Shown: piece by piece, positions 1 through 12,343 of the stretch | Numbering within the stretch: position 1 is the stretch's first letter | How the letters are laid out: each line of letters opens with the position of its first letter | NCBI GenBank assembly: GCA_950097015.1 | Contig: CATNEN010000038.1 | Span: 23,250,001-23,314,000, forward strand | Direction of reading: 5' to 3' | DNA length: 64,000 bases | Source: Macrostomum hystrix | Taxonomy: Eukaryota > Animalia > Platyhelminthes | The notes under the pieces: generated by a model | Databases searched by the model: none | Seen by the model: only the letters and a program-made list of their open reading frames with translations | What the model was told of the DNA's origin: nothing | Made by a program: the position numbers and the translations under genes

Positions 1-1246
1 GTGTTGTTACCTGTTCAGTGTGTTGTTTTCTGTTCAGTGTGTAGCTATCTGTTCAGTGTGTAGCTATCTGTTCAGTGTGTAGCTATCTGTTCAGTGTGTA
101 GCTATCTGTTCAGTGTGTAGCTATCTGTTCAGTGTGTAGTTATCTGTTCAGTGTGTTGTTATCTGTTCAGTGTGTAGTTATCTGTTCAGTGTGTTGTTAT
201 CTGTTCAGTGTGTAGCTATCTGTTCAGTGTGTAGCTATCTGTTCAGTGTGTAGTTATCTGTTCAGTGTGTAGTTATCTGTTCAGTGTGTAGTTATCTGTT
301 CAGTGTGTTGTTATCTGTTCAGTGTGTCGTTATCTGTTCAGTCTGTAGTTATCTGTTCAGTGTGTAGTTATCTGTTCAGTGTGTAGTTATCTGTTCAGTG
401 TGTTGTTATCTGTTCAGTGTGTAGCTATCTGTTCAGTGTGTCGTTATCTGTTCAGTCTGTAGTTATCTGTTCAGTGTGTAGTTATCTGTTCAGTGTGTAG
501 TTATCTGTTCAGTGTGTAGTTATCTGTTCAGTGTGTAGCTATCTGTTCAGTGTGTAGTTATCTGTTCAGTGTGTAGTTATCTGTTCAGTGTGTAGTTATC
601 TGTTCAGTGTGTTGTTACCTGTTCAGTGTGTTGTTTTCTGTTCAGTGTGTAGCTATCTGTTCAGTGTGTAGCTATCTGTTCAGTGTGTAGCTATCTGTTC
701 AGTGTGTAGCTATCTGTTCAGTGTGTAGCTATCTGTTCAGTGTGTAGCTATCTGTTCAGTGTGTAGTTATCTGTTCAGTGTGTAGCTATCTGTTCAGTGT
801 GTAGCTATCTGTTCAGTGTGTAGCTATCTGTTCAGTGTGTAGCTATCTGTTCAGTGTGTAGCTATCTGTTCAGTGTGTAGCTATCTGTTCAGTGTGTAGC
901 TATCTGTTCAGTGTGTAGCTATCTGTACAGTGTGTAGTTATCTGTTCAGTGTGTAGCTATCTGTTCAGTGTGTTGTTATCTGTTCAGTGTGTAGTTATCT
1001 GTTCAGTCTGTAGTTATCTGTTCAGTGTGTAGTTATCTGTTCAGTGTGTAGTTATCTGTTCAGTGTGTTGTTATCTGTTCAGTGTGTAGCTATCTGTTCA
1101 GTGTGTCGTTATCTGTTCAGTCTGTAGTTATCTGTTCAGTGTGTAGTTATCTGTTCAGTGTGTAGCTATCTGTTCAGTGTGTTGTTATCTGTTCAGTGTG
1201 TAGCTATCTGTTCAGTGTGTAGCTATCTGTTCAGTGTGTAGTTATC
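1..1246. repeat. 19-bp minisatellite (GTGTAGYTATCTGTTCAGT)n, intronic, runs off the window start
   Basis: Directly visible tandem unit with minor variants (gtagct/gtagtt/gttgtt/gtcgtt), about 65 copies. Confidence 0.97.
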
Positions 1247-1359
1247 TCATTTTATAATCAATATTCACCCACAAACCCTTCATGATTGACTAGAAAATTA
1301 GCTTTTGTCGATGTAAACTTAATATAAATTATTTAAGTACTTTTCAAACTTTCTTTCAG

Positions 1360-1458
1360 ATGATCAGCAAAAATGATTCTAAAAAGGATACTGATCCGGA
1401 TGAAGAGCAGGGAAGTTTGGCTTCATACTCCGAGGTTGAGTATCCCACAGTGTGTGTT

Positions 1459-1524
<66 letters not shown>

Positions 1525-1638
1525 CAGGCTTGCAGTGCAGCAAGCTACACACTCAATGCTGGACAACTAACTTATCACCATCTCACAACGCCTATTTGGT
1601 CTGAGTATTCTGACGACATTAAGGGCAATCCTAATTAT

Positions 1639-1670
<32 letters not shown>

Positions 1671-1803
1671 GCTGCAGCAGCAGCAGCAGGGGTCACAATT
1701 TCAAATCTTTGCCGGAGGTGCAACAGCTCAGCCGATGTCTTATCAAACAGACAGCCGCGATGAGGTTGGCAAAGTGACCACAAAGCGTCAAAGGTTGAAT
1801 TGA
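1360..1803 (+). CDS. Probable terminal coding exon of an upstream gene; low-complexity polyQ/polyH protein tail, possibly a nuclear regulator
   Basis: Polypyrimidine+CAG acceptor (ctttctttcag) ends at 1359, immediately before the ORF. Pure (CAG)21 at 1459-1521, a second H/Q tract, and basic KRQRL at the C-terminus. Followed by an AT-rich 3'UTR-like region with AATAAA near 2487. Identity unknown. Confidence 0.6.
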
Positions 1804-2619
1804 TTTGCCTAATCCTTTCTGAGAAATCAGTCTGAAAAAGAATATATTTTTAGTAACTAAAGCGGGGAATCCGTCTAACACTTTTTGTGATCACGTGACA
1901 GACGCCAGCCAATAATATTTCGAAGGTTGCTACAGAACTTTGACTAGTTTTCAAACGTTTTGTATTTTTAATTAAAGTTGTCCTTGAGATTATCGCGAAC
2001 AAATTGCTACTTTTGGGGGATTAAAAGTCCTAGAAAGTTTCTAATCTACTACAAACAATTGTGTAAATTTATATTGTACACGCATACAATTGCACTCCTA
2101 TATATATTTTTACAAATATCGTTTTTTGTCGAAATAATTAATTACCGCGCTTTTAAATTGATGCTCTTATCGATTAAACGATTTTAAAAGCAATGCGACA
2201 GTCGAAAAAATAGCTTATTAATCTCTTCATTCAAGAATATTGAAATATAATCAATTTTGATCTAATCAAGCCTAGTTTCCTCTAATATTAGCGCTATAAA
2301 AGTGCATGTATAATCGATGACCTCAACAGTTATGTACTAAGTGACAAAAGGCTTTCATTAAAATACAGTTTTATCGCTCTTTCTATGAGCCAACCCCAAA
2401 TTAGCTGCAAATACTTCGTCAATTATGAACTTTTGTTTAAAAAACTGCTTTTACGAATTGAAAATCTGTTTTTTGTATCAGTTGTAAATAAAAACTTTTA
2501 AAGCGATTATTCCAGGAAATATTTTTATCCAGTTTAACAAAAATGTTTTGGATTGTAACTGCACGTTAATCACGCATTTATTTTTTCCTAAGGATCTTTT
2601 TGTAATTTTTATGGTAATC

Positions 2620-2793
2620 ATTTAAATAATAATAATAATAATATTACTATTATTATTACTATTATTATTATAATTATAATAATTCCCAACTATAATAAGT
2701 CTGGAATTTCCGATATAATAATTAGAATATAATATAATAATATAATAATTATAATTATTATATTAATAATATTAATAATAATAATAATAATAA
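2620..2793. repeat. AT-rich (AAT/ATT)n microsatellite-like tract
   Basis: Visible aataat/attatt runs. Confidence 0.8.
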
Positions 2794-2891
2794 GTCCACT
2801 TAATTCCCTAAAGCTTTAGTTCACCCTGCTGTACAATGGGTTGCTGCTGTGGTAAAAATTATGTTTGTTTGTCGCTGTCTCTTTGGGGACT

Positions 2892-3132
2892 CTTGAGGGC
2901 CAACCTCCAAGGCACAGCGAGAGTGTATACTGCCTGACGATGAGACAGTCAGGGCAGATCGATACACCCGTTTGCTTGCGTACGGCATCTGTGTGTGTGT
3001 GTGGGCTCACGAACCAGCGAAATTGGCAGAATTGCATCCTCGCTGCCTGCGGGTTTAGTGTCGCTAAAATGGTGTGCCATTTCCTGCAGCCCTCCTGCAA
3101 TTAGTTTAACTATTATTATTATTATTATTATT
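2892..3132 (+). mobile_element. SINE family A, 5'-truncated copy
   Basis: Matches the body and 3' part of the copy at 6052-6393 (gagggccaacctccaaggc...ctgcctgacgatgaga...gccctcctgcaatta); (ATT)n tail. Confidence 0.85.
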
Positions 3133-3558
3133 GTCACTGACTGTACTAATGGCTTAACTGTGCTGAAAGAATTTACCTTTTCATATGTTGATTCCGACTA
3201 ATTATTTATCGTAAACATTTTTTTTGCTGAAAAACCAACTTAAGTACTTGCTCTTCTGAGCGCTCAGCAATGCAAAAAAGCACACACCTTATCACTAAGC
3301 AACTGATTTCACTCACTGACAATCCTAGCTGATTAAACTGCTATGCAAGTACACAGCTACCTGGAGAGACTTCGAAGACCCTATAGACAGCATGCACTAT
3401 TTTGAGACAAAAACCTTTGAACTTATGGTTCCATTTTTTTAGTTTAAAATGCTGAATAAAAAGCGGTCTACCAAACTAACTCTCAAAGCCGTTCTTCGTC
3501 AGCATCGTTGAGATATTCTGCGATTTTCGTCAGCAGACTCTGATGACAAGGACAACTA

Positions 3559-4157
3559 TCTATCTATTTCTCTATCTATTTGCAGGGGGGCCCGGGGCAC
3601 TTGTCGCACAAGCGACGGAGCGGCACGCCCCCAGACCGGCGAACTAGGCGCTTTTGCGCCCATCGCGCCGCCTCCCCTGAGCAGGCACCACACGCAGCAG
3701 CACAGACCAGCCGGGGAGGGCAGGAGGCACCTAGAATAGGCAGCAGTGTCCCCCACCCCAGCCCCACACGCACATAGCAGACCAAGCCGGGCCGGAAGGC
3801 TGATAAGAAATCAGTCCTCAGGGGGGGCCGGGTGATGAGTGTACACTTATCCAATCGCGCTGACGGAAGTCCAGAAAGCGCGCGGCGGTGAACACCCGCC
3901 CTCCAGCCACCCCCGCAAGGTCTCACGCCCCAGCGCCAACGCACACAACTCACACAACGCAGAACAGGCACACAGAAGGTAGGAGCGAAGCTATTATTTC
4001 AAGCTTTGATTGCACGAAATATGGTGCACCTCCGCCGGTCGCTACTGTCCGAACCCCCCAACAAGTCCCGAAATTAATCGTGACTTGAAGGGAGAATCGA
4101 ACTAGCGTCCTTTGGAGTGCGAGGCAGCGACGTTAGCCGCTGACCCACTCGCCCCCT
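3559..4157 (-). mobile_element. Long (~600 bp) GC-rich tRNA-headed SINE (family C) with 15-bp target-site duplication
   Basis: The minus strand starts ggggcgagtgggtcagcggctaacg...agttcgattctc (A/B-box-like) and ends gcccccctgcaa + (GATA)n tail. Identical TGACAAGGACAACTA at 3544-3558 and 4158-4172. Confidence 0.85.
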
Positions 4158-4533
4158 TGACAAGGACAACTAACATTGCTCTGAATAAACCTCTATGAGT
4201 AATTTATATTGGTTCAGTAACAAAAGTTAACAATTAAATCAATGAAATATAATCAGCAAAATTTGTGGGACAGCCAGTCAGCTTGGACTGGAATAATTGC
4301 GTTCTGAGTCTGTCGCTCGCTTCGTGCAAAAGCCCACAGGCTGAGAAATGAAGCAGCAAATTTGCCTACTAGAGTAGAAGCTATTGAGTGCGCTCAGATA
4401 ATAATACCGATAAGGCAAGAAGAGGCATTGAAAAGCTGGCTTCGCAAATCAGTTTGTGGTTTTGCTGTGTGAGTATTCTTTGCTCGCAAGAGAGAGGCAT
4501 AACAACAGAACGATTTGAGTCGATTTAGCAAGT

Positions 4534-7500
4534 ATGCAGCACCTCGTGCGAGTCAGCAACCAACTGGCAAATCGTCAGTCCCTGACGCTGTCCTCTTCAA
4601 TCGTTCGGACATTGTCAGCCGGGGCAGCCGCACCGCAGGTGCCACAACCGGTGCGCAATCCTGAAGTGAAATTCAACAAGCTCTTCATCAACAACGAATG
4701 GGTTGACGCAGTATCAGGTAAGACCTTTGCGACAGTCAATCCCAGCACTGGCCAGGTGATCACGGAGGTGGCAGAAGGTGACAAGGCTGATGTTGATCGA
4801 GCTGTCAAGGCTGCTGGTGATGCGTTTCGCCTTGGCTCCGATTGGCGCCGAATGGACGCTTCGCAGCGGGGCGTCCTTCTCAACCGACTGGCTGACCTGA
4901 TGGAGCGCGACAAAGTCTACCTGGCTGTGAGTTGGCTCAGTTCAGTGGTGGCTGCAGCAATTTGAAATAGGAAAGTCCCAAATGTTTAACAAAACAAACC
5001 TATGGCTATAATATGTCATTAGCACTCGCATTGATAAGCTTTTTCAGCATCTCTCCCGTGTCTCATCTCTACCGTGTCTCATCTCTACCGTTTCTCATCT
5101 CTCCCGTGTCTCATCTCTCCCATGTCTCATCTCTCCCGTGTCTCATCTCTCCTGTGTCTCATCTCTCCCGTGTCTCATCTCTACCGTGTCTCATCTCTCC
5201 CATGTCTCATCTCTCCCGTGTCTCATCTCTCCCGTGTCTCATCTCTCCCGTGTCTCATCTCTCCCGTGTCTCATCTCTCCCGTGTCTCATCTCTCCCCGT
5301 GTCTCATCTCTACCGTTTCTCATCTCTCCCGTGTCTCATCTCTCCCGTGTCTCATCTCTCATCTTTCTCATCTCTCCGTGTCTCATCTCTCCCGTGTCTC
5401 ATCTCTCCCGTGTCTCATCTCTCCCGTGTCTCATCTCTCCCGTGTCTCATCTCTCCCGTGTCTCATCTCTCCCGTGTCTCATCTCTCCCGTGTCTCATCT
5501 CTCATCTTTCTCATCTCTCCCATGTCTCATCTCTCCCATGTCTCATCTCTCCCCTGTCTCATCTCTCCCCTGTCTCATCTCTCCCGTGTCTCAAAGCCCC
5601 TGTGTCTCATCTCTCCCGTGTCTCAACGCCCCTGTGTCTCATCTCTCCCGTGTCTCAACGCCCCTGTGTCTCATCTCTCCCGTGTCTCATCTCTCCCGTG
5701 TCTCATCTCTCCCGTGTCTCATCTCTCCCGTGTCTCAACGCCCCTGTGTCTCATCTCTCTAGTATCTAATCTCTCCCCTATTTAATCTCTCCAGTGTCAA
5801 CATTACTTACAAACGTAGTTAGTATTTAGCAAAATTTGCTCGATCCCTGAAGGTAGTGAATTAATTGAGGCAGACTCTAGATAAGCAGTGCGATAGCTAC
5901 CTAGATAGCTACCTGATAGTTGATTAATTCATAAAAAAGCAAGTGCTCTTTTACGAAAATAATGGTCCAACACAACACCCCTTGATCTGCCATTGACTCT
6001 GTACAAACAATAAACTTTTTGTAAATTACTATTAGCTACTAACATTATATGTGGGGGGGTCGGTGGCAGAGCGGTTATCGCGTTTGCCTCTCGCACCAAG
6101 GTCCCTATGTTCGATTCCACGGCGAGGCCACATTTATTTGGGCGCAGTCGCGGAGAGAAGGCCGCCCTTGAGGGCCAACCTCCAAGGCGCAGTGAAATGT
6201 ACACTGCCTGACGATGAGAAAGTCAGGGCAGATGTACACACCTGTGTGAGCGTATGCCTGCGTACAGTATCTGTGTGCGTGTCTGCTCAGGAGTCAGCGA
6301 AATGGGCAGAATTGCCTCCTCGCTGGCTGCGGGTCTAGTGTCACTAAATGATGTGCCATTGCCTGCTGCCCTCCTGCAATTATTATTATTATTAAAATTA
6401 TATCTTCCTTGAATTGTGTACTCATTTAAAAAAAATTCAGTCACTCGAGTCCCTGGACAATGGCAAGCCGTACACTAACTCCTTCCTTGGCGACGTTGAA
6501 ATGAGCATCAAGTGCTACCGGTGAGTAGCACCTATGTGGATTGGTAAATTAATTATAGAAATCGCTTGGCTGGAAATTGCACCTCGCCCGGATTTCGGGG
6601 GGGGGCACCACCTTAAATTTGAAGGGGTGCGCCACCTTAAATTTGAAGGGGTGCGCCACCTTAAATTTGAAGGGGTGCGCCACCTTAAATTTGAAGGGGT
6701 GCGCCACCTTAAATTTGAAGGGTTGCGCAAACTTAAATTTGGGGGAAAGGCAACATTTTTTAGGCCGTTCTGCGCCACATTGGATTCGGCGGCTGCACTA
6801 CCTTCTATTTTAAGGGGCAGGCTCAGCCCCTTGCCCCTCACCCATCTGGCTACGCCCTTGGTCCCAGTTCCTTCTTCCTTCATGCATCTAGTTTTTTTCG
6901 AATAATTTGCTGTCTTCATTGTCGTTATTAGCATACTAAATTCTCCAAAAAACCGCTCAGATACTACGCCGGTTGGGCCAACAAAAACCATGGCAAGACC
7001 ATTCCAATCGATGGCGACGTTTTCTGCTTCACCCGGCACGAACCAGTGGGCGTCTGCGGTCAAATCATTCCGTGGAATTTCCCATTGCTGATGCAGGCCT
7101 GGAAGCTCGGCCCCGCACTCAGCATGGGCAACACGGTGGTGATGAAGACTGCGGAGCAGACCCCGCTAACAGCCAACTACGTGGCGCAACTGATTAAGGA
7201 GGCCGGATTTCCGGCGGGAGTTGTGAACGTTATTTCCGGGTTCGGACCAACCGCTGGCGCCGCTCTAGCCAAGCACAATGATGTGGACAAGGTCAGAATC
7301 TACTGTACACGTAAGACATTAACAGTAGAAAGACCAAAGGGGGGAAATAGCGTGTTCATTCTAATGTTGAAGATTAATGTTGAAGAAGCTCAATTATGAC
7401 CAGCGCTTGCAAGCCTCAGTGGGACAACGGTCTAAGAGCATCCACGACCCCGTTAGTTTTACCCACAAGACATTTTAACCCAGCGGTTAGCGCACTGGAC

Positions 7501-9599
7501 CCCAATCTGAGAGGTCTGGTGTTCGAATCTCGAACCTGTTTATTGCCATGCGATTGGGACAACCTGGATCAGCTGGTTAAGGAGTGAATTCTGGATATTG
7601 AAATTAAGAAGATCAAAGTAGAGCCGTATCCTACACAGTTGCTCCGGATGTACAGCCATTGGTGCAGCCGTAGATATTCCGCGGCCAATCCAGTGTACAG
7701 CTGTTCAGGCCCAGCTGATGCTAATACTCATTTTACAGCTGGGAAAACTTCTCGCTAGGAAAGCTAACCACAGAGCTACCGAGCTCCCTCCTACACGTCT
7801 GACATTCAAACACGGTGAAAACATTGAGTTTCTGCACCCCTTCATGGCCTCCGACCTTCAGATCGCATTCACTGGCAGCACGGAGGTCGGCCGTCTGATT
7901 CCCCAGTACGCCGGCCAGAGCAATCTGAAGCGCGTCACCCTGGAACTCGGCGGCAAGAGTCCAAACGTGATCTTCGCCGACGCCGATCTAGAATACGCCG
8001 TTGAGAAGGCTCATTTTGCTCTGTTCTTCAACCAGGGCCAATGCTGCTGCGCCGGCACGCGAACCTTTGTCGAAGAGTCAGTCTACGACCGTTTCGTTGA
8101 GATGAGCGTTGAACGCGCCAAGAAGCGCACAGTCGGCGACCCGTTCGATCTAAACACTGAGCAGGGACCCCAGATCGACAGTGAGCAGATGAGCAAGATC
8201 CTGGAGCTCATTAAAAGCGGCAAGAGTCAGGGCGCCAAGCTGCTGACTGGCGGCAGCCGGCACGGTGACGCGGGCTTTTTCGTGCAGCCAACTGTGTTCG
8301 CGGATGTTACGGTGAGTCCGTTGCTGGAACTAAGCTATCTGATTTCCTGATTTCACATTTTCAGCAAAGAGTAAACTGAAGGGATTCCAGTGAGTGCGTC
8401 CATTCTTTCGTGACGACAGATTCTCGAGACTCAAGTAACACAAAACCCAGTGTTGGGTCAGATGTAAAGTCTTTCGCATAGCCGTAATTGTTACTCGCGA
8501 GCAACCTTTGCAAAGACGTTGAGTCACTCACTGTTTCATAGATTCGGAGCTGCCAAAACCGTGCAAATCTCAAATACCCACTTCCCTTCTCTTATTAAAG
8601 CAACGGGAAATTTATATACTAAGTACGAGCGTATGTAGGAACTTTTTAGGAACACTGAGGGCAGACGACATTGTACATCTAGTATTACCAGGCTGTGTTA
8701 AACTCTCATTGTGCCTTGGGGATTGGCCCTTAGATGCGTAAGTTGCTTGACAAGCGAACAAGCCTTCTCTCCGCGGCTGCGAGAATGAATGTGACTCCGC
8801 CGCGGATTCGAGCTTAGGGACCTCTTGCTCAAGCTTAGGGAGCGCGCTAATCGATCGTGTTTAATGCAGTTCATGCTCATTTTATTTTCTCATAGATCGA
8901 AAAATATGCACTCATTTTTTATTGCAGAAACGCTGCGGGCAATGGCACATCATTTGTTGACAATAGACCCGCAGCCAGCGAGGAGGCAATTCGGCCCATT
9001 TCGCTGACTCCTGAGCACATGGATTCCGTACACAGGCACTCGCTCACACAAGTGTGGACATCTGCCCTGACTTTCTCTCATTGTCAGGCAGTGTACACTT
9101 CACTTTGTGTTGGAGGTTGTGTTGGGGGCTGGGCGTAAATTGCACGACAATCCCCCAAATGAATGTGGCTTAGCCACGAAATCGAGCACAGAGACCTTTG
9201 TGCGAGAGGCAAACGCGTTAATCGATCGCATTTAATACCCTATCAGCGCTTTATTTTTTCATACAGGACGATATGCGCATCGCTCAAGAGGAGATCTTCG
9301 GCCCGGTGATGCAGATCCTGAAGTTCAGGTCCACCGAGGAACTGCTTCAGCGTGCCAACAAGACAATCTACGGCCTGGCTGCCGGTGTGTTTACCCGCGA
9401 CCTGGACAAGGCCATGCACGTCATGCAGGGCCTCCGAGCTGGCACTGTGTGGATCAATGAGTACGACCACTTCGACGCCGCGGCGCCGTTCGGTGGCTAC
9501 AAAATGTCCGGCAGCGGCCGGGAGCTGGGCGAGTACGGCTTGCAGGCCTACACAGAGGTGAAGACCGTCACAATGAAGGTGCCGCAGAAGAATAGCTAG
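4534..9599 (+). CDS. ALDH2: Mitochondrial-type aldehyde dehydrogenase (ALDH1/2 family), 5 exons, about 528 aa
   Basis: Exons 4534-4926, 6441-6520, 6961-7291, 7862-8311, 9267-9599, all GT..AG and phase-consistent (1587 nt). Motifs: [23 protein letters not shown] (catalytic Glu), [10 protein letters not shown] (catalytic Cys), [15 protein letters not shown]. The Arg/Ser/Leu-rich N-terminus lacks acidic residues and resembles a mitochondrial presequence. Confidence 0.95.
5048..5760. repeat. 16-bp minisatellite (TCTCATCTCTCCCGTG)n in ALDH intron 1
   Basis: Visible tandem unit; source of the spurious ORFs at 5013-5785. Confidence 0.96.
6052..6393 (+). mobile_element. SINE family A, near full-length, in ALDH intron 1
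   Basis: tRNA-like head (TGGCAGAGCGG A box, GTTCGATTCC B box), body shared with other copies in the window, (ATT)n tail. Confidence 0.88.
6607..6745. repeat. 24-bp tandem repeat (CCACCTTAAATTTGAAGGGGTGCG) x~5.5 in ALDH intron 2
   Basis: Directly visible. Confidence 0.92.
8921..9223 (-). mobile_element. SINE family A, diverged antisense copy in ALDH intron 4
   Basis: Reverse complement of the family A body (cccgcagccagcgaggaggcaatt, gctgactcctgagca, tctgccctgac...gtcaggcagtgtacac) and head (gtgcgagaggcaaacgcg). Confidence 0.85.
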
Positions 9600-9971
9600 A
9601 GGAATGCCCTAGTAGGCAGGTCACTGAATTTTATTATTCTCATGAATTCCCCGAGGTCACTAGTAGTGCCTTTTGATTTCATGATGAGAAACTTTTTTGT
9701 GTTGATCGTTCTGGTATGTGTAATAATAGACTGACTCCTTCAATATTAAACGATTCAATTAAAAACAAGCTACAGAATTGTAGTGTAGCAATATCTATAT
9801 CTAATCTATTTTTGTCTTATCACAAAAAGTATAAAATATGTGATTTCTCTTAAAAATATTCATGGATAGTGCTTTATTGTTTTCAATAAAAATGTATTAA
9901 TCCATTGTGTAGATTTGATAAGCAATGTTGAAAGAACATCTTGACAACAGTATTGTGCAGTTAGTTATCAT

Positions 9972-10811
9972 TTAAATCATAGATTCAAAGGTCATGTCAA
10001 GTATGCAAGTGTAAGTAGATGTACCAGCTAAGGTATGACTTTGAGTTGGCTTCGAGTCTTCAGCTGGAAGCTGAGGCTCCGGAATCAAGTCCACAGACAC
10101 AGCGGACTCCGGTGACACTGCGGAATCTGATACAGACACCGAGCTTTCGTCAGCTACAGCAGCGATCGACTGCCGTTGCGTCCGCGGCCGCGGCACCGGC
10201 TGCTGTCGCTTCCTAACAGGCTCTTGTGTCGTTTCTGTCTTCTGTACAAACGACTGATACCTTAGCATTGGGGGAGACGACTGATGCTCTTCCTGCGGCT
10301 TTTGAATCTGTTGCAGTCTCCTCTCATAGAGATCGGACAGCTGTTCCGCCTCGCTGAGTCGCAGGGAGAGCTCTTTCTGATCGCGCAGAGATTCGCGCAA
10401 GCGAGTGCGCGTTTGCGTCAACTCGCGCTGATGCTCGACGAGATCTTGAAGCAATGCTTCGGCGTAAGACTCGGACTCCTTGCGTTTAGTCCTCAGTTCG
10501 GCGATGTGCTCAACTGCCTGCCTAGTGGCCTCCTTAGCCTCCTCTTTCTCTCGCCGAGCTCTGTCAAGCTGCTGCTGAATATAGGCCAGTTCGTCGCTCT
10601 CTGTACAGTCCGTGGCTGCGAAGTAGACTTTGGAAAGGTCGGTAGCCAGATTTCTCATTGGGGCACGGCATTGGGCGCACGTGGACTGCTGCTCCAGCCA
10701 GGGCAGCACGCAGTCCTGATGGAACACGTGACCGCAGCTCAAGGCCACACACTCTTTGGTCGCGCCGGATTCGTCTAATCGGCACCAACAGATCGGACAG
10801 ATTAGCGGCAT
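9972..10811 (-). CDS. RING-H2 + coiled-coil protein (TRAIP/NOPO-like E3 ligase architecture), intronless, 279 aa
   Basis: CPIC-x-CGHVFHQDC-x-W-x-CAQCR (C3H2C3) at the N-terminus, followed by an E/R/Q/L-rich coiled coil and a disordered tail. Convergent with ALDH. Confidence 0.82.
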   Translation of the reverse strand: MPLICPICWCRLDESGATKECVALSCGHVFHQDCVLPWLEQQSTCAQCRAPMRNLATDLSKVYFAATDCTESDELAYIQQQLDRARREKEEAKEATRQAVEHIAELRTKRKESESYAEALLQDLVEHQRELTQTRTRLRESLRDQKELSLRLSEAEQLSDLYERRLQQIQKPQEEHQSSPPMLRYQSFVQKTETTQEPVRKRQQPVPRPRTQRQSIAAVADESSVSVSDSAVSPESAVSVDLIPEPQLPAEDSKPTQSHTLAGTSTYTCILDMTFESMI

Positions 10812-11830
10812 TGAGTCCTTGCTCAGCTGCCTTGTAAAAGCTGCAAACTTAAACTAGCTGAACTTAGGTTTTAGCAGTATTACTCAATCTTGGCTTGAGT
10901 ATTTACGCTCAAAGCAGTTTTAATTGTGTAAATTTGCTAAATTTCATTGGCTCATGTGATTATTCCTTTAGTTTATGCTGGTTGTGTATTTTTTCTCGAC
11001 TGAAACGTACATTACTCTCTTAAGGTATACAAAAGTAAGGAAAGAATGATGGCATAATTGTTATAAGTCTGTACAATGCAAGGGTGTCATGGGTCATTGT
11101 CGCGACCAAGCAAGAGAAGCAGCTACCTGTGTAGCAAAATGAGCCCAGCTTCTTTAGTTTAGATGAAAGATATTACCAGCATTACGGATCCTAGAAATAA
11201 AAAGCGAGAGATAAAAACTTCACAATGTTTGCTCTTATAACCTTGAGGCTAATAGTAAACTCAAAGCAAGATCGCTTGAGTCATATATTTTGAGTCTCCG
11301 TATCCTGGATTGTGAGACGCTCACACAATTCCATCTTGTCCAACCACCGTTTTAGCTATCATTCTAGCTACCATTCTAGCTACCGTTCTGCTTACAGTCT
11401 TCAAATCTGTTCTTATATGAAGCGTCTAGAAATACAAAATCAAAAGCACAGCTAAGTTAACAAGCGCTAATTGCTCCTTTCAAAGCTCACCTTAATTGTC
11501 AATAAAGGACAATCATGCTTCCCCTCTGATATATCATGCTATCCCTCGACAAAGCTTGCTACACTTTAGATATCTGAATCCTATTAGTAAACCCCTTAAA
11601 TGTTTGATTCCCTTCGATAATTTATACTACACCATTCATAATTCATACTTTCCACTCGTTAATTACAGCTTCCTCCTCGATAAATCATACGACCCTCTCA
11701 ATAATTCGTGCTATCCCCTCGATAGTTCATGCAACCCCCTCAATAACTCATGTTTCCATCTCGATAATTCATGCTACCCCCCTGTATAATCCATACATTT
11801 CTACCTCTTCGAAGAGGTTCTAGCCTAGTG

Positions 11831-12141
11831 AGAGGTTGTAGCCTAGTGGTTAGAGCGTCGGACTCACGACTTGAAGGTCGGGGGTTCGATTCCCGACTCC
11901 ACTGGAACAATTTATGTCCTTTAGCAAGACACTTAACTCTGCATTGCTTCAGTTCACCCAGCTGTTAAATGGGTACCAGAGTTAGCTGGGATAATTGAAG
12001 GTGGGTGTGGCGTCCCCCAGTCCATGGACTGAACAGCCGTACGCAGCCTTCAGATGCGCCGCGCAATAGCTGCGGCTGTGCTGTCGGCTGCACATCTGAC
12101 CCAATTGGGACAGGTGTAGTCAATTATTTAATTATTATTAT
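11831..12141 (+). mobile_element. tRNA-derived CORE-like SINE (family B)
   Basis: A box TAGCCTAGTGG and B box GGTTCGATTCC, then tgtcctttagcaagacacttaactct...cagttcacccagctgttaaatggg resembling the CORE domain; ATT tail. Near-identical copies at 30690-31010 (-) and 51817-52131 (+). Confidence 0.9.
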
Positions 12142-12343
12142 TTCTCCCGTTAGTTCATGCTGCCCGGTAGATAATCATGCTTCCCATCGATAATTTAGGC
12201 TATTCCGTCGATAATTCATACTAAAAAATACGAGAATAGTTAAACTATAGAGAATATTAAATATTAAAAAATACGTAACAATACGCTCGTACGTGTGAAT
12301 GTGTGAATGTGTAATGTGGAATGTATAAGTTGATTAAAACTGA

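Noticed and set aside
5013-5785. Three overlapping 215-249 aa ORFs
   Set aside because: Stop-free 16-bp minisatellite inside ALDH intron 1.
6300-6385. HDV-like ribozyme in SINE A (GCCTCCTCGCTGGC equals the HDV P3/L3 sequence, with GCGAAATGGG nearby)
   Set aside because: The elements are in the wrong order, no P1/P2 partners could be built by eye, and the motif is altered in the 3030-3050 copy. An RNArobo or Infernal search would settle it.
11831-11905. tRNA gene (CAC anticodon-like loop); likewise the heads at 6052, 51817, 59057 and about 7480-7535
   Set aside because: Acceptor and T stems do not pair, and the sequences continue into shared SINE bodies.
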